Shown here one piece after another: positions 28,096 to 33,512 of a DNA stretch of 33,512 nt. How positions within the stretch are numbered: the stretch's first letter is position 1; each line of letters begins with the position of its first letter. Origin of the DNA: Bdellovibrionales bacterium (GTDB lineage Bacteria > Bdellovibrionota > Bdellovibrionia > Bdellovibrionales > JAMPXM01); contig JAYVXN010000406.1 of the NCBI GenBank assembly GCA_043785085.1, positions 1 to 33,512 on the forward strand. The letters are read 5' to 3'. A program made the translations under genes and the position numbers. The notes under the pieces were generated by a model, which saw only the letters and a program-made list of their open reading frames with translations, was not told the origin of the DNA and did not search any database.

Positions 28096-29253
28096 TTAAA
28101 GCAGGGTGGGTGAGGGGTTTGAGTCGTCTTCATCCGCCAGCAATTCAGAGGACGCCGCATTGACACCTAAATGTCCGATGGCCAGCTGACACTGCTCAAG
28201 TGTGCCCATAAGATTTTTTTCGCCGCTAAAATAGCTACTTGAAATCCACAGATTTTGCAGCTTTGGCAAAGTCTGCTGTTCACTTAAAGCACCGGCCAGA
28301 TCCCCATGGCTTCCAGGGCAAACGAGAATTCGCTCATGGAGAAGATGATCCAATGCCTCAGGATAGGCGCGCTTAATTTGCCGCTTAATTTTCTTTAACG
28401 CCGTGGCCACCAATTCATCGTCATCGGTTTGATCATTTGGAACCAAAGTTACCCATTGCGAGGCCTGATAACTTTTGCCTTCAGCATCAGTCTGCATTGG
28501 CTGAAATAAACCCCAACACGGCTCTTCATTTGCTCCGCGCAGAACATGAACGGCCTCAGAATTCGTGACTTCAGTGCTATGTAAAAGATCGAGATGAATC
28601 GAAGTAAAGACCGAGCCCTTCGCGAGTTTCTGACGAAGCCGCGGCGGAATCGAAGCCTCAGGCAAAAGTCGCAACAGCTGTTGTGGTGGTGCGCAAAAAA
28701 CATATTCGCGCGCGGTGATTCGTTTTGCGCCATTGACGATGATCTCAAGGACAAACTCGTCTTCCACCTGAATTTTGGTGACATGAGATTGCAAATACAA
28801 TTCGCCGGTAAAGCCTTCTGAGAGTTGTGCAATCCAGTCTTTGGGGGTGTTGCCTAGGCGCCAGTATTGAGCTTGGGTGTAATAGCCAATCTCGCTGACG
28901 GCCTCTGCACCCTGTTCGCCAAAGCCCACAAATGGCTGAAAACGGCCATTGTCGTAGGTCACAGGAGCGGCATCGACCAGTGTTCGCGGCAAAGGTTTTT
29001 GTAAAACTCCTTCAAGCCAATTGAGGAGAGCTTCGCTTTTCGCCGTGTTCGCAAAAAACTTAAGGCCATGATCAACTGGGCCAACAGGACTGATCGAGGG
29101 CCGGCAGTTTCCGCCGAGCGTATCCAGCGCTTCAACCAAAGCGACCTTGCGGCCGGAGTCTTCAAGCAGTGTCGCAGTGATCAGACCCGAAAGTCCTCCG
29201 CCGATGACGATGGTATCAAATTCCGCTACGCGAATTTTTTTCAGTTGTGCCAT
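28096..29253 (-). CDS. FAD-dependent oxidoreductase-like protein
   Basis: Rossmann motif 'DTIVIGGGLSGL' and 'VEALDTLGG' GG motif. The C-terminal 'LQNLWIS' segment resembles the amine-oxidase/phytoene-desaturase superfamily. Confidence 0.75.
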   Translation of the reverse strand: MAQLKKIRVAEFDTIVIGGGLSGLITATLLEDSGRKVALVEALDTLGGNCRPSISPVGPVDHGLKFFANTAKSEALLNWLEGVLQKPLPRTLVDAAPVTYDNGRFQPFVGFGEQGAEAVSEIGYYTQAQYWRLGNTPKDWIAQLSEGFTGELYLQSHVTKIQVEDEFVLEIIVNGAKRITAREYVFCAPPQQLLRLLPEASIPPRLRQKLAKGSVFTSIHLDLLHSTEVTNSEAVHVLRGANEEPCWGLFQPMQTDAEGKSYQASQWVTLVPNDQTDDDELVATALKKIKRQIKRAYPEALDHLLHERILVCPGSHGDLAGALSEQQTLPKLQNLWISSSYFSGEKNLMGTLEQCQLAIGHLGVNAASSELLADEDDSNPSPTLL

Positions 29254-29272
29254 TGACTTATGCGCCCCGACG

Positions 29273-30145
29273 TTAGGAGTTCTGTTTCACATCAACGTTT
29301 CGCGCAAGCCAAGTCAAGAATTTTCGCGCTGGGGGCTTGAGAGCGGGGTGTTCGTCTAAAAACTGAGCAATCGAGGGTGAAATCAGATAATAAAATTTAA
29401 TGAAGCCGCGGCCAAACAAATGAGTCTGCAAAACTTCGTCGCGAAAGTTAGTCAGAGAGACAATTGTTGGCGTGATTTCATGGTCAAAGGCCGCAGTCGC
29501 GATAAAACAGCGCGGACTTTTTTGTTGCGCCACCTGTATAAATTTTTTATAGGCGGCGGGATTGCGAGCTTGTCGAACTTGCGCTTCGGCATTTTTCATG
29601 ATGGTCGGGAAAATTTTTGTAAAGCGCGCAAAGTCGGCGAGCTTAATGGCTACTTTCATTTGCCGGTCATTAAATTTCGCACTTGAATCATAAATGCGCA
29701 TGAGGTCCCAATACACAGAGGTGATCACCGTTAGTTCTTTGCTTCGTGCGCTATTTCGAAATAATTCAGGCGTGAGTTCGCCCACTTCTTTTTCATAAAC
29801 CAACTCAAGAATGCGCAAATATTTTTCATACGAAACTGCAGCGTCGGAATAGGCTTTTTGCTGGAGTTGCTGTTTACCTTGTTTCACCAGCGCCACGCGA
29901 TTTCGCCACAGCATCAGGCGGTTTTGTTCTTTAGCTTTTGCTTCTGAACGGAGAACGGCACCCTTGACGACGAGTTTAGATAGTTTTTGATGACAAGAGT
30001 GGCAGACTTCGTTCGGTACCGGATTGACCGAACGCTCTTCTTTGAGGCGCAGCTTTAACCCGGGCTCAAGTCGAACCATGATCGGCGCCGGGTTTCGGCA
30101 ATAGCTACACACATTACCTAAGGTTGAATCTTCGCTTTCTGACAC
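29273..30145 (-). CDS. Protein with N-terminal CxxC...CxxC, TPR-like helices and a CFI-box-CTERM domain
   Basis: CSYC and CHSC pairs. C-terminal 'CFIATAAF...L..FRD..L....GR.FI.FYY..SP.IA'. Confidence 0.8.
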   Translation of the reverse strand: MSESEDSTLGNVCSYCRNPAPIMVRLEPGLKLRLKEERSVNPVPNEVCHSCHQKLSKLVVKGAVLRSEAKAKEQNRLMLWRNRVALVKQGKQQLQQKAYSDAAVSYEKYLRILELVYEKEVGELTPELFRNSARSKELTVITSVYWDLMRIYDSSAKFNDRQMKVAIKLADFARFTKIFPTIMKNAEAQVRQARNPAAYKKFIQVAQQKSPRCFIATAAFDHEITPTIVSLTNFRDEVLQTHLFGRGFIKFYYLISPSIAQFLDEHPALKPPARKFLTWLARNVDVKQNS

Positions 30146-30269
30146 AGACTCATTGTAGAGACTTTGCGAGAGAGGTGGTAGAAAAATCAGAAATCCGGCA
30201 GTTGCCCGCAGGCCGCAGGCCCAGTGTCGGTTTCTGGGTCGGGTCCGGGTCTGCAGGCCTGTTGCCCGA

Positions 30270-32309
30270 CTAAAGCATGTTCACGGCGTCGATGTCGATG
30301 GTGACACTCACGGCTGGCGGCACCCATTCAGAATCACCACAGACCGTGCGGCAAAACCGGCCCAGAGTCGCTGCATCTGGAGCTTTGAGAAAAAGTTGAT
30401 GGCGAAATTTATTGCGAAGTTTCGCCATCGGCGCCTGTGCTGGACCGAGTACTTCAACTTTCGCATAGACCGCCTGCTTTTGCAGTTTATGGGCTCGCGA
30501 CTTCAGAAGGGCCGAAGCTTTTTTAACTTTTTCTTGGTCAATACCTTGAATACGAAAAATCGCTAAGCGGCCAAACGGTGGATAGCCCAGGGCTTCACGG
30601 AAGCCGAGCTCCATCGTCGCAAAGCCGCGATAATCATGAGCTTGAGTGAACTGAATACTGGGATGATCAGGATTGTAAGTTTGAATGATCACCTGTCCAC
30701 TCCCTTCGCTCAGGTGACGGCCGCTGCGGCCACTGACTTGGGTGAGCAATTGAAACGCACGTTCGCTGGCGCGAAAGTCCGGAAGATTAAAAGCAATGTC
30801 GGCCATCACGAGGCCGACCAGTGTGAGGCCTTGAAAATCCAGGCCTTTAGCAATCATCTGCGTGCCGACAATAAAATCGGCTTCGCCGCGCTCAATTTCA
30901 GAAATAGTGCGTTCCAAATCTTCACGCGAAGAAATTTCATCGCGGTCCATGCGCACAATTCGCGCTGAGGGAAAAAGCTTTTGCAAATCTGTTTCAATGG
31001 TTTCTGTACCAAGACCGACGGGGCGCGGTTCGCCCTCTTTGCATTCTGTGCAGGTATCGAGCAGCGTTTGATGAAAATCACAGTAGTGACAAAGGAGGTG
31101 ATTGCGCCCGTGCAGAGTCAAACTGACAGCGCAGTTCGGGCATTCCGGAACAAAACCGCAGCTGGGACACAGCACGGATTGCGCCATACCTCGCCGATTG
31201 AGAAAGAGCGCGGATTGTTGTTTGCGTGAATAGTTTTCATTTAGTCCGAGGTGGAGGCGTTGCGACATCCAAAAAGGCATTTCATCGCTTGGACGATCAT
31301 TGAGTTTGCGCTGCTCACGTTCTTCGCGCAAGTCAACTACCTCAATTGTCGGCATAGCGCGGTCTTCGACACGATTTTTAAGTTCGTGCAGGTGATAGCG
31401 GCCTGATTGAGCATTGCTCCAGGTTTCAAGACTCGGTGTCGCCGAGCCCAAGACGACGGGGATATTTAAAAATTTACCGAGCATCACGCCCGCATCACGC
31501 GCGTGGTATTTGAGTTTCTCATCTTGTTTAAAACTTGCTTCGTGCTCCTCATCGATGACAATCATGCCGAGTTGCGGAAGCGGGCAAAAGAGCGCGGAGC
31601 GCGCACCAATCAGAACTTGCCTTCGGCCTTCGACCATTTCCCACCACTGATTGGTTTTCTCCCGGGGCGTGAGGTGCGAGTGAATGACGGCAACGGCGTT
31701 GCCAAGTCGGCCGGAAAAGCGCTGAATCAATTGCGGCGTCAGTGAAATCTCCGGGACGAGAACAATTCCTTGTTTGCCTTCGCTGATGATTTTTTCAAGA
31801 AGCTGCATGTAGATTTCAGTTTTTCCAGATCCAGTGACACCATGAATGAGGTGCACGCCAAAACCAGGGTGTGCTTGTACACCTTTGATCGTGGTCATCT
31901 GCTCTTGAGTTAAGGTGGGCCGCAGGCTCGCCGAGATTTCAGGCGCGACGGGGGCTTTTCGCGATTTTCGCTCTTTCAGCGACCTCGGAAGTGGCGCAAA
32001 AGCCATTTCGGTGACGAGGCCCACGGGATGCACATAGTATTGCGCGAGCCACTCAATCCACTGCAGAAACTTCTCATGCAAAAGCGGCCGGGTGAGATCC
32101 AGTGAAATGAGGTCTCTTAACTTAAAGGTGCCGATGTCTTTCGTGGGAGCTAACAAGACTCCGAGGACTTGCCGCTTTCCAAGTGGTACAAGACAAGAAC
32201 GCCCACGTTGAAACTCCACGGTCGCCAATATTTCTGGGGGAATTTTATAGGTGAGGGATTGCGGCAATGGTGCTTCAATTGCGACCTGCCAATACACGGG
32301 CTCATTCAT
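30270..32309 (-). CDS. priA: Primosomal protein N' (replication restart helicase)
   Basis: 'GVTGSGKTE', 'LVPEISLTPQ', 'DEEH', 'GSATPS', four CxxC pairs, 'GTQMIAKG' and 'QVSGRSGR'. Confidence 0.98.
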   Translation of the reverse strand: MNEPVYWQVAIEAPLPQSLTYKIPPEILATVEFQRGRSCLVPLGKRQVLGVLLAPTKDIGTFKLRDLISLDLTRPLLHEKFLQWIEWLAQYYVHPVGLVTEMAFAPLPRSLKERKSRKAPVAPEISASLRPTLTQEQMTTIKGVQAHPGFGVHLIHGVTGSGKTEIYMQLLEKIISEGKQGIVLVPEISLTPQLIQRFSGRLGNAVAVIHSHLTPREKTNQWWEMVEGRRQVLIGARSALFCPLPQLGMIVIDEEHEASFKQDEKLKYHARDAGVMLGKFLNIPVVLGSATPSLETWSNAQSGRYHLHELKNRVEDRAMPTIEVVDLREEREQRKLNDRPSDEMPFWMSQRLHLGLNENYSRKQQSALFLNRRGMAQSVLCPSCGFVPECPNCAVSLTLHGRNHLLCHYCDFHQTLLDTCTECKEGEPRPVGLGTETIETDLQKLFPSARIVRMDRDEISSREDLERTISEIERGEADFIVGTQMIAKGLDFQGLTLVGLVMADIAFNLPDFRASERAFQLLTQVSGRSGRHLSEGSGQVIIQTYNPDHPSIQFTQAHDYRGFATMELGFREALGYPPFGRLAIFRIQGIDQEKVKKASALLKSRAHKLQKQAVYAKVEVLGPAQAPMAKLRNKFRHQLFLKAPDAATLGRFCRTVCGDSEWVPPAVSVTIDIDAVNML

Positions 32310-33169
32310 CGAAACCTCGAGTAGAACTCCTTCATTTGCGGTACTTCCGGAAGTCTCAAGACGGATTTTTCGCCTAAGCCGATTTTATTCGGATCTAATT
32401 GTTTCGCGCTACTTTCATGAGCACCCTTGACCGAGATCGTGCGAATCGAAACACTGTTGGTGTCCCAGGTGACGGTCCGTTCGTGGGGAAACTTTAAGCC
32501 ACCCGAGGTAGGTACAAAACGATCCGCAGTGACTTCTGCTTGCGAGGGCAGGCGCAAACGACGTAGTAAAAAAGCATCTTGCTCGATCCAGATTCCGGGA
32601 TTGGCTTTTTCGGCTGAGGCAGGAGTCGGCTCACCTAAAAACCAGCTCACCACACCGTTGCTCCGCACTAAATTAATATCTGGATCCGGCGTGTAGTGAT
32701 AATTTTCAAGCTTACCGATTTTGTGTTCGCGGCCAAAGTGGGCCGGCACGAGATGGTGCTTCAAGAGCGCATCGAGCAGGCTGCGGGCCGAACGAAAATG
32801 CCAAAAAGCTTCAATGAACTCGTGACCGTATACTTGCGACATGAGCCGGCCATCGGCATTGCGAAAATATTTTTTCCCGTCCATGTACACAGTTTCGAAC
32901 TTCCAGGTGTCTTGCGAACCCTTCACCGGGGTCACGGTTAAGCGCATCGATTCGCCGTTTTCAACCAACCAGTGTTCATGGACGACGAGCGGTTCAGTTT
33001 CGGTGCGAAACACCACTTCTTGCTCAATGGAGTAAACCCCCTTGCCATCATTTCGCGCCAAGCGGCTTAAAATAGTTTGGCTCGTCGGAATATAAGCATG
33101 GGCCGTCGTGGCCGCGAAGAGGGCGACGACCGCAGTGGTTTGAGCAAAGATTTTTTTCACAAACATCAA
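32306..33169 (-). CDS. Secreted hypothetical protein (possible LolA-like fold)
   Basis: Signal peptide ending TAHA, beta-rich, 'IWIEQDAFLLRRL'. ATGA-coupled to galU upstream and priA downstream. Confidence 0.65.
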   Translation of the reverse strand: MMFVKKIFAQTTAVVALFAATTAHAYIPTSQTILSRLARNDGKGVYSIEQEVVFRTETEPLVVHEHWLVENGESMRLTVTPVKGSQDTWKFETVYMDGKKYFRNADGRLMSQVYGHEFIEAFWHFRSARSLLDALLKHHLVPAHFGREHKIGKLENYHYTPDPDINLVRSNGVVSWFLGEPTPASAEKANPGIWIEQDAFLLRRLRLPSQAEVTADRFVPTSGGLKFPHERTVTWDTNSVSIRTISVKGAHESSAKQLDPNKIGLGEKSVLRLPEVPQMKEFYSRFR

Positions 33170-33512
33170 ATTTTCTCCGCGAGTTCTTTCAAATATCGCC
33201 GCATTTGCGCTCCGACCTCTTTGTGTTCGAGGGCGAGTTCAATATTGGCTTGTAAAAAACCAAATTTATCACCGGCATCAAAGCGTCGGGCGGTGAAAGG
33301 GCTGGCGAGCAAACCGTTCTTGCGCGCAAGCTCAGTCATGGCGTCCGTCAGTTGAATTTCGCCGTTTTTGCCGGGCGTAGTATTTTTAAGATACTCGAAA
33401 ATCTCAGAGCTGAAAACATATCTTCCGGGTAATGCGAACCGTGATTTGGTTTGCTCTTTACTGGGCTTCTCGATGACATTGGCGACGCGCACGACGCCTT
33501 TGGCATCGCGTT
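33166..33512 (-). CDS. galU: UTP--glucose-1-phosphate uridylyltransferase, C-terminal part (runs off the window)
   Basis: 'IEKP', 'GRYVF', 'GEIQLTDAM' and 'RFDAGDKFGFLQA'. The frame stays open to the window edge. Confidence 0.92.
   Translation of the reverse strand, partial: RDAKGVVRVANVIEKPSKEQTKSRFALPGRYVFSSEIFEYLKNTTPGKNGEIQLTDAMTELARKNGLLASPFTARRFDAGDKFGFLQANIELALEHKEVGAQMRRYLKELAEKI

Noticed and set aside
27933-28163. 76-aa + strand ORF upstream of rpsB
   Set aside because: It overlaps the rpsB promoter region and the flavoprotein 3' end, and shows no SD or protein-like features.
30196-30269. GC-rich short repeats (GCAGGCC, GGGTC, GTTGCCCG) downstream of priA
   Set aside because: The repeats are short and irregular, with no consistent period or convincing stem.

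Overview
A compact, housekeeping-rich bacterial chromosome segment. Gene content and order (short EF-Ts, rseP followed by tsaB, no dxr, a MinD/FlhG-like ATPase paired with a J-like/HTH gene, many TPR proteins and lipoproteins) suggest Bdellovibrionota or another former deltaproteobacterial lineage; this taxonomy is inference. From left to right: the 3' tip of a probable rimO; a three-gene envelope locus (secreted TPR-like helical protein, outer-membrane beta-barrel, lipoprotein); a minus-strand block (BatE-like TPR/SH3, cNMP-binding protein, AI-2E permease, bamD, TPR protein, atypical hpt); an AST-like operon (class III aminotransferase, M20 amidohydrolase, astA, astD) that lacks astB and astE and is coupled to mltG; a trypsin-like lipoprotein, a small membrane protein and a nitroreductase; and a long minus-strand run (galU partial, secreted hypothetical, priA, CFI-box-CTERM protein, flavoprotein, rpsB, tsf, pyrH, frr, uppS, cdsA, rseP, tsaB, MinD-like ATPase, J-like/HTH, rluD, pgeF). 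I saw no tRNA, rRNA, CRISPR array, transposase or prophage gene. The best leads are the rewired AST operon, the possible hydrophobic-ligand uptake trio, the ATPase plus HPD-less J-domain pair, the degenerate HPRT, and a recurring -10 box 6-8 nt upstream of start codons that suggests leaderless mRNAs. All family assignments come from motif recognition by eye, not from database searches.
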